The notes under the pieces were generated by a model, which did no database searches, was not told where the DNA came from, and saw only the letters and a program-made list of their open reading frames with translations. Below are positions 38,090-52,547 of a DNA stretch of 64,000 nt, in pieces; the first letter of the stretch is position 1, and the number at the start of each line of letters is the position of its first letter. The DNA is from Mobula hypostoma. Its lineage: Eukaryota. The translations under genes were made by a program, and so were the position numbers. The DNA lies in NCBI RefSeq assembly GCF_963921235.1, contig NC_086100.1, forward strand, positions 199,704,001 through 199,768,000. The letters run 5' to 3'.

Positions 38090-41000
38090 AGTGTTGTTAA
38101 GAAAATGTATGATGTGTTGGCATTCATCAACCGTGGGATTGAGTTCAAGAGCTATGAGGTAATATTACAGCTAAAGAAGACCCTGGTCAGATCCCACTTG
38201 GAGTACTGTGCTTAGTTCTGGTCACCTCACTACAGGAAGGATGTGGATACTATAGAGAGAGTGCAGAGGAGATTTACAAGGATGATGCCTGGATTGGGGA
38301 GCATGCCTTATGAGAATAGTCCGAGTGAACTTGGCCTTTTCTCCTTGGAGCGACGGAGGATGAAAGGTGACCTGACAGAGGTGTATAAGATGATAAGAGG
38401 CATTGATCTTGTGGATAGCCAGAGGCTTTTTCCCAGGGATGAAATGGCTAACACGAGGGGTCATATTTTTAACGTGCTTGGAATTAGGTACAAGGGGGAG
38501 GTCAGAGATAAGTTTTTCATACGGAGATTGGTGGGTGCGTGGAATGCACTGCCAGTGATGGTGGTAGAGGTGGATACAATAGGGTCTTTTAAGAGATTCT
38601 TGGATAGTACATGAAGCTTAGAAAAATAGAGGGCTGAAATTTAGGGTAATTCTAGGCAGTTTCTAGAGTAGGTTACATGGTAGGCAGAACATTGTGTGCA
38701 GAAGGGCCTGTAATGTTCTGTAGATTTCTATGTTCTATGTTCTATCACCACCTGGCTTCTGGTATCATTCCCACCCTCTCCTTTCCACATCAGCCTATCA
38801 CATCCCTTTCACCTATCACCACCCAGCTTCGAGCACTATTTCTACCCTCTCCTTTCCACATCTGCCAATCACCTCCCTTTGACCTGTCACCACCTAAATC
38901 CTGCCTCCATTCCCATTCTGCTTCCCACATCTGGCAATCACCTCCCTTCCTGCCAATCACCTCCCTCCCTGCTTTGAGAGGTTGGTCAAGGACTACATCT
39001 GCAGCATGCTCCCACCCAAACTTAACCACCTACCATTTGCCCACCGACACAACCGATCAACAGACGATGCAATAGCCACTGCTCTACACACCATCCTTAC
39101 ACATCTGGAGAAGAAGGATACTTATGAGAGAATGCTGTTCTTGGACTACAGTTCAGTTATCAACACCATAATTCCTCCAGGCTCGACAGGAAGCTCAGAC
39201 ACCTCAGCCTTGACCCTGCCTTGTGCAGCTGGATCCTGGAATTCCTGTTGTCTCACTGACAGGTGGTAAGAGTGGGCTCCCTTAACTCCACCCCTCTGAC
39301 TCTCGACACAGGAGCCCCTTGGGCTGTGTATTAAGTCCTCTCCTTTACTCTCTGTATACCCATGATTGTGTCGCCACTCACAGCTCTAATCTACTATTTC
39401 AATTTGCCGACAACACGACATTGATTGGCAGAATCTCAAACAATAATGAGGTGGCCTACAGGGAAGAAGTCATCTCTCTGACACAGTGGTATCAAGAAAA
39501 CAACCTCTCCCTCAATGCCCTACCATGGGAAATAACTTCGCCATATCTAATCTGTTCAGGCCCTTTAACATTCAGAATGTTTCTATGAGATCCCCCCTCA
39601 TTCTCCTGAACTCCAGGGAATACAGCCCAAGAGCTGCCAGACGTTCCTCATTGGGTAACCCTTTCATTCCTGGAATCATTCTCGTGAATCTTCTCTGAAC
39701 CCTCTCTAATGTTAGTATTTCCTTTCTAAAATAAGGAGCCCAAAACTGCACACAATACTCCAAGTGTGGTCTCACGAGTGCCTTATAGAGCCTCAACATC
39801 ACATCCCTGCTTTATATTCTATACCTCTAGAAATGAATGCCAACATTGCATTCACGTTCTTCACAACCGACTCAACCTGGAGGTTAACCTTTAGGGTATC
39901 TTGCACAAGGACTCCCAAGTCCCTTTACGTCTCTGTATTTTGAATTCTCTCCCCATTTAAATAATAAGGCATTAGATATTTCAGGAAGGATAGGGAGGGA
40001 GGCAGAAGAGTTGGGGGCGTGGCACTGTTGATCAGAGATAGTGTCACGGCAGCAGAAAAGGAGGAAGTCATAGAGGGGTTGTCTACAGAGTCTCTGTGGG
40101 TGGAAGTTAGGAATAGGAAGGGGTCAATAACTCTACTGGGGGTTTTTTATAGTCCACCCAAAAGTAACAGGGGCATCGACGAGCAGGTTGGTAGACAGAT
40201 TCTGGAAGAGTAGTAATAACAGGGTTGTGGTGGGAGATTTTAATTTCCCAAATATTGATTGGCATATCCCTAGAGTGAGGAGTAGAGTTTGTTAAGTGTG
40301 TTCAGGAAAGTTCCTTGACACAACATGTAGATAAGTCTACAAGAGGAGAGGCTGTACTTGATCTTGTATTGGGAAATGAACCTGGTCAGGTGTCAGATCT
40401 TTCAGTGGGAGAGCATTTTGGAGATAGTGATCACGATTGTATCTCCTTTACTATAGCATTGGAGAGGGATAGGAACAGACAAGTTAGGGAAACGTTTAAT
40501 TTGAGTAAGGGGAAATATGCGGCTATCATGGAGGACCTTGGAAGCATAAATTGGAAATATGTTCTCAGGGAAACATACAGAAGAAACGTGGCAAATGTTC
40601 AGACGATATTTGTGTGGGGTTCTGAGTAGGTACGTTCTAATGAGACATGGAAAGGATGGTAGGGTACAAGATTCGTAGTGTACAAAGGCTGTTTTAAATC
40701 TAGTCAAGAAGAAAAGAGATTACAAAAGGTTCAAAAAACCAGGGAATGATATGAATCTAGAAGATTATAAGGCTAGCAGGAAGAAGCTTAAGAATGAAAT
40801 TAGGCGAGCCAGAAGGGGTCATGAGAAGGCCTTAGGGGGACAGGATTAAGGAAAACCCCAAGGCATTCTACAAATATGTGAAGAGCAAGAGGATAAGACA
40901 TGAGAGAATAGGACCAATCGAGTGTGACAATGGAAAAGTGTGTATGGAACCGGAGGAAATAGCGGAGGTATTTAATGAATATTTGCTTCAGTATTCACTA

Positions 41001-44000
41001 CAGAATATGATCTTGGTGATTGTAGGGATGACGTACAGTGGACTGAAAAACTTGAGAATGTAGATATTAAGAAAGGGGATTTGCGGGAGCTTTTTGAAAG
41101 CATCAAGTTGGAATAGTCACCGGGACCGGAAGGGATGTACCCTAGGCTACTGTGGGAAGCGCGGGAAGAGATTGCTGAGCCTCTGGCAATGATCTTTGCA
41201 TCATCAATGGGGACGGGAGAGGTTCCGGAGGATTGGAGGGTTACAGATGTTGTTCCTTTATTCAAGAAAGGGAGTAGAGATAGCTTAGGAAATTATAGGC
41301 CAGTGTGTCTTACTTCAGTGGTTGGTAAGTTGATGGAGAAGATCCTGAGAGGCAGGATTTATGAACATTTGGAGAGGCAAAATACGATTAGGAATAGTCA
41401 GCATAGCTTTGTCAAAGGAAGGTCGTGCCTTATGAGCCTGATTGAATTTTTTGAGGATGTGTCTAAACACATTGATGAAGGTAGAGCCGTAGATGTAGAG
41501 TACATGGATTTTAGCAAGGCATTTGATAAGGTAGCCCATGTAAGGTTTATTGAGAAAGTAAGTAGACATAGGATCTAAGGGGACATTGCTTTGTGGATCC
41601 AGAACTGGCTTGCCCTCAGAAGGAAAAGGGTGGTTGTAGATGGGTCGTATTCTGCATGGAGGATGTGGAAACCATAGAAAGGGTGCAGAGGAGATTTACA
41701 AGGATGTTGTCTAGATTAGGGAGTATGTCCTATGAGAATAGGTTAAGTGAACTCAGCAAAGAGTGTTTGTAGACGGGTCATATTCTACATGGAGGCCGGT
41801 GACCAGTGGTGTGTCTCACGGATCTGTTCTGGGACCCTTACTGTTTGTGATTTTTATCAATGACCTGGATGAGGAAGTGGAGGGATGGGTTAGTAAATTT
41901 GCTGATGACACAAGGGTTGGGAATCTTGTAGATAGTGTGGAGGGCTGTCAGAGGTTACAACGGGATATTGATAGAAGGCACAACTGGGCTGAGAAGTGGC
42001 AGATGGAGTTCAACCCAGATAAGTGTGAGGTGGTTCATTTTGGTAGGTTATATATGATGGCAGAATATAGCATTAATGGTAAGACTCTTGGCAGTGTGGA
42101 GGATCAGAGGGATCTTGGGGTCCACCCATCACCTGTCAGCCCTTGCCCTACCTCTGCCCACCACCTTTTATATTTGATATCTCCCCTCTGTCTTTCAGTC
42201 TAGATGAAAGATTTGGACTTAAATCTTTGAGTCCATTTCCCTCCTTAGATGCCGTCTAAACTACTGAGCTCCCTGGGGAGTGAAGGAAAAGATTTCTGTA
42301 TCTTTGGCAATGATGTTTGCATCTTCACTGGACACAGGGGAAGTATGAAAAACTTCAAGAAAGGGAGTAGATATAACCACGGGAATTATAGACCAGTGTT
42401 GGCAAATTATTGGGGAGGATTCTTAGAGATAGGATTTATGAGTATTTGGGGAAACATAGTCTGATTAACTATATTCAGGATGGCTTTGTGAGGGACAAAC
42501 CATGCCTCATGAGACTGACTGAATTATTTGAGGATGTGACAAAACACATTGATGAAGGCAAAGCAGTGGATATGATATAAATGGATTTTAGTCAGGGGTT
42601 TGACAGGGTTGACATGGTAAGCTCATTCAGAATGATCCAGGGAAACTGGGCTGTGTGGATACAAGGAAGTAAGAGGGTGGTTGTAGTTGGTGAGTATTCT
42701 GCCTGGAGGTTGGTGACCGGTGATGTTCCACAGGGATCTGTTCTGGGACCCCCTGCTCCTTGTGATGGTTAGAAATGACCTGGATGTGGGAATGGAAGTG
42801 TGCATTAGTAAGTTTGCAGATCACACAAAAGTTGATGGGGTTGTGGCCAGTGTGGAGTGTTGCTTTTCTGTTGGCTGCAATGGGACATCCTCTAAAGCTT
42901 GCACATCTTTCTTATAATGAGGTGACTGACAGGATGCAGAGCTGGGCTAGGAAGTGACAGATGAAGTTCAACCCTGGGAATCTGTGAAGTGGCTCATTTT
43001 GAACGGTGGAATTCGAAAGCAGAATACAGGGTTAATGGCAGAATTCATGGTGGTGTGGAGGAACAGAGAGATCTTGTAGTCCATGTCCATATATCCCTCA
43101 AAGTTGCTGCGCAAGTTGATAGGCTGGTTAAGAAGGCGTAAAGTGTGTTGGCTTTCAGTAGTTGTGGACTGAATTCAAGAGCCACGAAGTCATGTTGCAA
43201 CTCCTGAAAACTCTCTTAGACCACACGTAGAATATTGTGTTCAGCTCTGGTCACCTCATTTTAGGAAGGATGTGGAATCTTCAGAGTGTACAGAGGAGAT
43301 TCACCAGGATGCTGCCTGGATTAAAGAGAAGGTCTTATCAGGAAAGTTGAGTGAGCTAGGGCTTTTTCCTTTGGAGCAAAGAAGGATGAGAGGTGACCTG
43401 AAGATGTGTACAAGATGATAAGAGACATAGACAAAGAATTTCTTTACACAGAGTGCTGGGTGCCAATACGTACATGGAACTGGCTGCCAGTGGAAGGTAA
43501 AGTGAAAAAATAAATTCAAAGATATTTGGACAGGTACATGGATAAGAAAGGTTTACATTACGGGTTTCCAACCTTGGGTCCACGGACCTGTGGGTTAATG
43601 GTAAGGCTCCATGACATAAAAAAGGTTGTGAACACTTGGTTTAGATGGGTATGGGTCAAATGTTCCAGCTGAGATTGGCACCATGGTCAACATGGATGAA
43701 TTGGGCCAAAGGCCTTGTTTCCATGCTCTATCACTGTCTGTCTATGTAAACGTAAGGTGGTGCATTTTGGAAAAACACTGAGGCTACGGCATACTTCAGG
43801 GTCATAGATAGAGGTAGAAGTAAAGAGGGAACCTTGGAGTACAATTTCATAGGAGGAATTTAGTTAGGCAACGTGCTTAGTAAGGGTATTAAAGTTTCTC
43901 CTCCAACTGTACAAAGCTTTGGTCAGTCTCAGCTGAAGTGCTGCATGTGGTTCTGGTCTCCAATGTAGAACAGGATGTGACAACACCGGAGAGGATGCAG

Positions 44001-44110
44001 AGGAGATTTACCAGGGTGTTGACTGGGATGGAGTGTTTCAGGCATGAGGAGGGACTAGAGAATTTAGGTCTGCTTCCCCTGGAATGGAAGAGATCAAGGG
44101 GGTCATGAGT
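38090..44110. mobile_element. Cluster of nested CR1 fragments (mostly +; minus at ~39520-39965) and a Rex1 fragment (~38975-39520)
   Basis: Repeated CR1 EN/RT motifs (GEHFGDSDH, GNYRPVCLTS, MDFSKAFDKV, SKFADDT) and Rex LSPLLYSLYTHDC. Confidence 0.8.
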
Positions 44111-44789
44111 TCTGAAGAGTTCATGTTCTGCATACACAGCCAGATCACAACAGGTGTATCTCCAGTTGTGAGTCGTTAGACAAAGTGGGTGTAAATGCTT
44201 CTGAGTGATGAGTAACTTGTTTATCTGAACTTCTGGCTTCATACCCACATACTGAACCTTGGGCACTCTTCTTTCATTAACGTGAACGAAGTTCAAAGCA
44301 CAGTTATCATCAAACTATCTGTATTTATACAACCGTGGGCTCGTTTCCTTACAGGCAGCCACAAAACAAAGAAGCCCAATAGAACCCATTAAAAAGAGAC
44401 TGACAAACACTCGAGTGCAGACAGAATAAAAAACAAGTTGTGCAAACAATGGAAAAACACGGTCCATCACAAATCTCTCTCTGCCCAGCTCACTCTAGAA
44501 CCTTCTCCCAATCTCACCATCCTGATTGGCTGACACAACATTCCTAAGTTGAACAACATGGCCCCTTATCTTTAGCCGAAACCAGAACATTCCACCAGGA
44601 GGAGACACTGCTTTTACAGAAAACTACTAAAATGAAATACCTCACAGCATAGCAGTAGAAATCTTAACCAGGACATTACACAAGCATTCCTTTGCCAGAG
44701 AATAATTTATCCCAATTCACACCTGCCAGATTGTTCATGATGCAATTAAAATTGTCCTTTCTCCAATTGAGAATCTCAGCCCGGGGACC

Positions 44790-45475
44790 ATAGAGCCTGA
44801 TTCCAGCAATGCTGCAAACGTCTTGGTCGTCACTGATCACAACACCAGATATTGTCAAGCCTTCCCCACAAAGGATCAGAGAGAATCCACAGTTGTTAAA
44901 GTGTTACGTGAAAAGTATCTTGTTCATTATAGCCTCGCAAGAAGGATACAGTGATCAGGGAAGGGATTTTGAGAATCGATTCATACATGAATTACTGGGC
45001 ATGCTTGGATTTAAGAAGTCAAGGCCCACGCCCTATCACCCTCAGAGTGATCCCAGCCTGAGAGGTTCAACTGGACATTGCTGGACCTTGGATGTCAACA
45101 AAAAAATACGTGGAGACAGCATTTTGCATATTTAGTACACTGTTACAACCGTACACAGAATGAAGCTACCGGATACTCGCCACCCTATTTGATGTTCAGC
45201 CGTGAAGCGAGATTACCTACAGATCTCTGTTTTGGAACCGGGGTGACGACTTTCTGCAGAAGACGTATCACAAGTATATGTTTGACATGAGGAAAGAACT
45301 GCAAAAAGCTAATGAGATAGCAGTGGTTCTGCTACCAAGAAAAACCAGGGAAACAAGGGGAGATATGATCAAAAGATTGGGTTATCTCAACTGATGCCTG
45401 GAGAGAGTCTTGATAAGAAATTTGGGGCTACCAGGGAAGCATGAGTGGGTCGACTGCTGGGACCAGCCCTCCTGT
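44790..45475 (+). mobile_element. Gypsy integrase fragment
   Basis: SDQGRDFE...KKSRPTPYHPQ and YNRTQNEATGYSPPYLMF motifs. Confidence 0.75.
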
Positions 45476-45836
45476 TAGACCATAAGATCATAAGATATAG
45501 GAGCAGAATTAGGCCATTTGGTTCATTACATCTGTTCTGCTATTTCATCATGGCTGATCAAATTTTCCTCTCAGCCCCAATCTCCTGCCTTCTCCCTGTG
45601 TCCTGTCACCCCCTGACCAATCAAGAATTTCTCAACCTCTGCATTAAATATACATGTAGACTTGATCTCCACAGCCACCTGTGCAATGAATTCCAGAGAT
45701 TAACCATTCTCTGGCTCAAGAAATTCCTCCTCGTCTCCGTTCTGAAAGGACATCCCTCTATTCAGGGGCTGTGTCCTCTAGTCTTAGACTCTCCCACCAT
45801 AAGAAATATCCTCTCCACATCCACCCTGTCAAGGCC

Positions 45837-46427
45837 AGAGAAAGCAGGATCTCCCGGTGGCCACACATTTTAATTCCACATCCCATTCCCATTCTGATAT
45901 GTCTATCCACGGCCTCCTCTACTGTAAAGATGAAGCCACACTCAGGTTGGAGGAACAACACCTTATATTCCGTGTGGGTAGCCTCCAGCCTGATGGCATG
46001 AACATTGACTTCTCTAATTTCCGCTAATGCCCCACCTCCCCATCGTACCCCATCCGTTATTTATTTATATACACACGTTCTTTCTCTCTCTCTCTCCTTT
46101 TTCTCCCTCTGTCCCTCTGACTATACCCCTTGCCCATCCTCTGGGTTTTCCCCCCCTCCCCCTTTTCTTTCTCCCTGAGCCTCCTGTCCCATGATCCTCT
46201 CGTATCCCCTTTGCCAATCACCTGTCCAGCTCTTGGCTCCATCCCTCCCCCTCCTGTCTTCTCCTATCATTTTGGATCTCCCCCCTCCCCCTCCCACTTT
46301 CAAATCTCTTACTAGCTCTTCCTTCAGTTAGTCCTGACGAAGGGTCTCAGCCCGAAACGTCGACTGTACCTCTTCCTAGAGATGCTGCCTGGCCTGCTGC
46401 GTTCACCAGCAACTTTGAAGTGTGTTG
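45837..46427 (+). mobile_element. 5'-truncated Penelope copy with hammerhead motif (46330-46365), inserted in a minus-strand CR1 3' fragment
   Basis: Near-identical to 4515-5102; flanked by CAAGGCC at 45830-45836 and 46428-46434. Confidence 0.85.
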
Positions 46428-46849
46428 CAAGGCCTCTTATTATTCAATATGTTTCAATAAGGTCAACCCTCATTCTTCAGAATTCTAGTGAATATAGGAC
46501 CAGAGCCATGAAACGCTCCTCATTTGACAAGCTGTTCAATCCCAGAATCATTTTCGTGAACCTCCTTTGAAGCCTCTTCAGTTTCCACACATCCTTTCTA
46601 AGATAGGAATGCCCTAAACCTTCCAGAGGTCCAATCAACGTCAGGAGCACAGCACTTCGAAGAGGTTACTCGCAGTCGGCAAAACGTGTCTAAAAGGAGA
46701 GCTTCCCGGGCATTCGGACATTCCAGAGATCCAATCAGCTTTGGGTGCAGAGCACTGTCAATTAAATAAAAGTACAGAAGGAACAAACGGGCTGGCCGTT
46801 GTCAGGAGTAGCCAGCAGTGAGAGTAGGTGTGTCAGCCTTCGACTCAAG

Positions 46850-47976
46850 AGTCAATCAACAAGCTTTTAACAGCCTTAAATGAATGTACTGAATGGGGCC
46901 AGATATTTATCCTTGATTACTTGGCCAATTATAGCCCAAAGGATGACCGAGAAGCTCAAAGCATCTGTGAGCATGTGATGCCCCGCTAATCTCACACCAA
47001 CTCAGTTGTTGTCCTGTCGGCTGTAAAGGTTCTAATGAAATTCATGGAAATGCTTTCAAAGGACTTGGATTACTATGGCACTTTGTTGAAGAAACTGGCT
47101 CCCCCACTGGTAACGCTGTTGTCTGCAGAACCAGAACTCCAATACGTTGCCCTCCGGAACATCAACCTCATTGTACAGAAAAGTTCTGTGATTCTTAAGC
47201 ACAGAACAAAGATTTTCTTTGTAAAGATATATGTGAAACTGGAAAAACTGGATATTGTGATTCGACTGGCTTCTCAAGCCAACATTGCACAGGTTTTGGC
47301 AGAATTGAAGGAGTATGCCACTGAAGTAGATGTTGACTTTGTATAAAAAGCTGTGCGTGCAATTGGATGATGTGCAATCAAAGTTGAGCAATGAGCAGAA
47401 TGCTGCGTGAGTACGCTACTTGACCTCATTCAGACAAAACTACGTCGTTCAAGAAGCTATTGTAGTAATAAAGGACATTTTCTGTAAATACCCAAACAAG
47501 TATGAAAGTGTTATTGCAACACTTTGTGAAAATCTGGACTCATTGGATGAACCAGAAACAAGAGCAGCGATGATACGGATAGTTGGAGAGTATGCCGAAA
47601 GAACTGACAATGCTGATGAGCTATGAGAGAGCTTCCTGGAAGAATTCCATGAAGAGAGCACACGGGTTCAACTTTTGACTGCTATTGTGAAACTATTTTT
47701 TTTAAAAAAATGACTGAGACACAAGAGCTGGTGCAGCAAGTTCTAAGCTTAGCAACACAGGATTCTGACAACCTTGACTTGAAAGACTGTGGCTATATAT
47801 ACTGGCGTCTACGTTCTAGAGATCCAGTGGCAGCAAAAGAAGTTATATTGGCAGATAAACTTCTCATTGCAGAAGAAACTGATCTTATTGAGCCAATGCT
47901 CCCTGAAGAATTAATCTTCCATATTGGAACATTGGCCCCTGTGTACCATAAGCCACCCAGTGCATTTGTGGAGGGG
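46850..47976 (+). pseudogene. AP1B1: Processed (intronless) AP-1 complex beta-1 adaptin pseudogene fragment
   Basis: [49 protein letters not shown] ... VYHKPPSAFVEG matches AP1B1 rather than AP2B1 as I recall them. Multiple stops and frameshifts, no introns, truncated at both ends. Confidence 0.9.
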
Positions 47977-48204
47977 CACTCTTGGAGGATACATCGAACA
48001 GACTGCAAAAGTGATACTGAAGGAACTGAGCAGAAGGACTCTCTTGGATGAAAGGAAAATGTGTTGATTGATAGTGGTGTTTATGCATGTCAGAAGTCTG
48101 ATTGTATTAACTTTGATTATTATTTGTACCCTACGTGCTTGTGGCCATGTATTGTATCATGTTGTAGAAGCGACAATCTGTTCTGAAAGTTATAATGTGA
48201 TGAT

Positions 48205-48800
48205 AAAAAGGAGGGAATGATAAAGTTTAAGGATGTTAGGGAAGTAAGACATGATTCTTGGACTCTTGTAAATAATGGGTTAAAAAATTAAGTGTCACCC
48301 TATGTGGGTTAGTGAATAAATTCTGTTGCTTTTGCTGAAGAATATGCCCGCAGTTTGTTTAGATTAATAGCTTGCTTGATTAATAGCCTGTAGCTGCCTT
48401 TTCAAGGTGACATGACGGCTGGAATTACTCAGAGATCACATTGGTCATGCCTTATTGTTTTGCTCCACTGACTTAAATCTTTTCTTTGGAGAGGCTCAAT
48501 GATAAAGACTTCTGTCTGTAATTAAGTCAGGAGCCTAGCAACAGGAATGACTGATACGGGTGGACAATATATCTATTTGTAATTGAACTCTGATTTAGTG
48601 GATTCTCTTATCAAAGTAATTGGGTTTCGCTCTGACTTGGCATACCATTGTAACTGAGCGTTCTTTGTCTGCTCATTCTATAAATTGTAGCATTTCTGTT
48701 ATTTAAATCAGAAGCTCGTTGAGCTGCCAGAGGAGCAGAGAAATAAACTCTGTCTCTTTGATGTCTGGCTTTGAGTTTTCTCGCCGGCTGAGCTCGAACA
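48205..48800 (+). mobile_element. Polypurine tract and 3' LTR of an ERV-like/LTR element
   Basis: AAAAAGGAGGGAA (48205-48217) directly before TG (48218); TATAAA ~48679; AATAAA ~48742; ends CA at 48800. Confidence 0.55.
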
Positions 48801-48869
48801 ATAATCTGGTGAAGAGGTTAAAGTTAATAACTGTGTGGTGTGATTATTGGTCCGGCAACCTTTTTTAAG

Positions 48870-49850
48870 TTTACAGTAGAGGTCCTGTGCAGTAAGTTGA
48901 GGGAGTTGGGAAGGAGGCTGAAGGGCAGGATCTCCAAGGTGGTCATCTCCGATTACTCCCGGTGCCCTGAGCTAGTGAAGTTCAGAACAGGAAGATAGCA
49001 CAGATGAATGAGTGGCTGAGCAGATGGTGTAGGGGGCAGGGTTTCATATTCTTGGATCATTGGAACATTTTCTGGGGAAGTGGTGACCTATAAAAGTGGA
49101 ATGGGGTGCTCTTGAAGGGGATCAATATCCTGGGAGGGAGGTTGGCTAATGCTATTGGGGATGGTTTAAACTAGATTTGCAGGAGGGTGGGAACCAAAGT
49201 GAAGAGGCAGATGGGGCAGTTGGCACACGAATAGTGACAGCTTGTAGAGACTTTATGAAGAAAGATAGGCAGATGATAGAGCAAAGAAGCACTCAGCCAG
49301 ATAGTTTGAGATGTGTCTATTTTAATGTGAGGTGTATCATAAGTAAGGTCGATAAATTTAGAGCATGGATCAGTATGTGGAACAATGATGTTGTGGCCAT
49401 TACAGAGACTTGGATGTCTCAGGAGCAGGAATGGCTGCTGAGTGTTCCGGGCTTTAGATGTTTCAAAAAGAACAGAGAGGGAGGCAAAAGAGGTGGGAGA
49501 GTGGCATTGCTAATTAAAGATAGTATGATGGCTGCAGAAAAGGAGGAAGCAATGGAGGGATGGTCTACAGAGACATTGTGCATCGAAGTCAGAAATAGGA
49601 AGGGGGCAATAACTCTACTGGGTGTTTTTATAGACCGCCACCCCCATTAGTAACAGAGACATCGCGGAGCAGATAGGGAGGTAGATTCTGGAACGGTGCA
49701 ATAATAATAGCGTTGTTGTGATGGGAGATTTTAACTTTGGTAATATTGATTGGCATCTCCTTAGCGCAAGGGGTTTAGATGTGGTGGAATTTGTTAGGTA
49801 TGTTCAGGAAGGTTTCCTGTCACAATATGTAAATAAGCCAACTGGAGGGG
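48870..49850 (+). mobile_element. CR1 ORF1 end and endonuclease fragment
   Basis: LRCVYFNVR..DVVAITETW..GGRVALLIK APE motifs in ORF 49177-49650. Confidence 0.75.
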
Positions 49851-50247
49851 TGTCATGTCCCAATTGTTAATCCCTATTTTGCCCCTAATTTCCTATGATT
49901 GTGCCTTGTTTCCAATCGTTAATTTCCCATTTACTGATAATTCGCTTGATGACAGCACACCTGTTCTCCATCAAGTACTGCAGTATAAGAACACTGGCAT
50001 CATGACCACAGGTTGCCAGTTTGTCGGTCTATTTCCCGTGTGATAATTTTGTTTCCTGACTGCTTAGAACAGCTCCAGGTTGAAGATATACCATTAAAAA
50101 CCTGTCTCCGTGTCAAGACTCCATATCAGAGCTTCATGTCGCGATTCCTCCTGTTTGCTGTTCAACGTTCACGCCTGCGCAAGCATCCCAACGCAATCCC
50201 CGTGCCTGTGTCCTGCACTTGGGTTCTCCTCAGTCGCTCCTTGTAAA
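49851..50247. mobile_element. Probable solo LTR at the left edge of the array
   Basis: Starts TGTCATG; TATAA and ATTAAA inside; TCCTGCACTTGGGTT U5-like end; terminal CA not clean. Confidence 0.4.
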
Positions 50248-52547
50248 ACCTTCGGCTAACAGCAGCATCAACAGGAAACTGCAGATACTGGAAATCTGAG
50301 GTAAAGTTGGAAACTGCTGCTCAGACTCACCAGGTCAGGCAGCGTCTGCAGAGAGAGAAACAAAGATTGTGATTCAAGTCAGTGACTCTCCGTCAGTGCT
50401 GGAGATGGAGAGGATTGAATCAGGGAAAAGACGTGGGGAGACGGGGATAAGGAGTGAGTAAGAAAGAGATGGTCAGAGAGGGCTGGGGTATGGTGTGTAA
50501 TGGGAGTGGGGCAGAGGCTGGTCGAGAGGGATGGGTGAGTTGGGGGGGTGGGGAGAGAAATATCCACCGAGTGGATGCGGGAAGCAGAGATAGGTCAGGG
50601 TGAGGAGGGAGAGGTGGGTGGGGCATGGAGAAAGAGAGGTGGATGGGTGAGGACTGAGAAGGCAGAGGAAATAGGGATGTGGGTGGATGTGGAGTGTGGA
50701 GAGAGAGTTCGGTGAGTGGGGTGAGACATTGGGGGTTGGTGAGCGGGGGGATGAATGAACGTTTGGGGAGTGGGTAGAGAGAGGTAGGTGGGTAGGGAGG
50801 TGAGGAAAGAGATGGATGCATGGGGAGCAGAGAGGGAGGTGATTGGGTGTGGAATGGGGAGAGAGGTGTGCATGGGTGTGGGTTTAGGAGTAAGAGATGT
50901 CTATAGGAATCGGGCTGTTAATTGGGATCAGCAGAGTGGGTACAGGGTGGGGGAGAGATGTGGATGGGTGGGGAGAGGTGAGTCAGAGATGTCTAGAGGA
51001 AGGTTGCTGTTAACTGGGATCAGTACGGACAGGTAGTTGTCGTCCAACATGAATATATTGGGATGAAGGACTGTTTGTCTCCATACAAACAGTCACGTGA
51101 TTTCTCTGAAAAGCAATGGATATGGTCTGGGTGGGATTGAAAGTGAAGCTCTGAATATCTCTGTAAACCAGGGTATAGTAACAGAGATCACACTGAGAGT
51201 CTGAAGCAGTCAGTCACTGGCCGGGCCACTGACAGAACAGCTGGTTCATCACTCACTCTGACTTTTTGCTGTTTTACACTTCGGTTTAGAGTGCTTTACT
51301 GTTGTCTCTGGAATTCAGTTCACCTTCCTACCAAGTATTATTTCTCTAGACTGAAGAAAACTTACTTCATTACTCTGGTGACATAACATCAACCTATGTG
51401 TCCCACACCATGAACCTTTCGGCATCAAAAGGAAACTGCAGATACTGGGAATGTGATGAAAAATTGGAAACTGCTGCTCAGACTCAGCAGGTTGGTCAAC
51501 ATCTGCAGAGAGAGAAGCAAAGATAGTCATTCATGTTATTGTCTCTTAGTCAGTGCTGGAGATGGAGAGGATTGAATCAGGGAACAGACGTGGGGAGACA
51601 GAGATAAGCCATGAATAAGGAAGAGATGGTCAGAGAGGGCTGGGGTGTGTAATGGGAGTGGGGAAGAGGCAGGTCAAGAGAGATGGGTGAGTTAGGGGGA
51701 TATAGAGGTGGTGGGGAAGAAAATGTCTGCCGAGTGGATCGCGGAACTAAAGTTTGTGCAAGGTGAGTAGAGAGAGGTGTATGGAGAGTGGAGAGAGAGA
51801 GGTGGATGGGTTGGGGTGGATAGGAGAGTGGGGACAGTGCGCTGGGTGGGTATGGGTGGGGAGAGGGGTAAGGTTGTGGATGGATGTGGAGTGGGTGGAG
51901 CGATTTTGGGGAGTGGGGAGGATGAATGGATATTTGGGGAGTAGGCAGAGAGAGGTAGGTGGGTAGGTAGGGAGTGAGGAGAGAGATGGATGGATGGGGA
52001 GCAGGGAGTGAGCTGTGTTGGTGGGGAATGAGGGGAGTGTTAGTTGGGGGGGAGTGGGGAGAAGGAGATGGGGTTGTGTGGAGTGGGCTGAGAAGTGGGT
52101 GTGTGTGGTGCCACGAGGGAGGTGTGTGTGTGTGTGGGGAGTGGGGAGAGTTTGGTCAGGAAGAGTGCAGAGAGAGAGTTGAATGTGTGTGTGTAGTAGA
52201 GAGAAAGTGATAGTGGGTGGGGAGTGGGGTACAGAGGTGTGTGTGTGGGGAACGGGGAGACAGAGAGATGGGTGGGGAATGGGGAGACACAGATGGGTGG
52301 AAAAAGAGTGAGGAGAGAGTGGCTTTGATGGGGAGTGAGGAGAGAGGTGGATGGGGAATGGGGAGAGATGGGTGGCTATTTGGGGAGTGGGGTGGGTGAA
52401 TTGGGTGTTTAGGAGAAAGATGTCTATAGGATTTGGGCTGTTAATTGGGAGCAACAGAGTGAGTACAGGGTGGGGGAGAGAGGTGGGTGGGTGGAGAGAG
52501 GTGAGTCAGAGATGTCCAGAGGAGGGTTGTTGTTAATTGTGATCAGT

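Noticed and set aside
46850..47976. Functional beta-adaptin gene
   Set aside because: Numerous stops, frameshifts and deletions; both ends missing; no introns.
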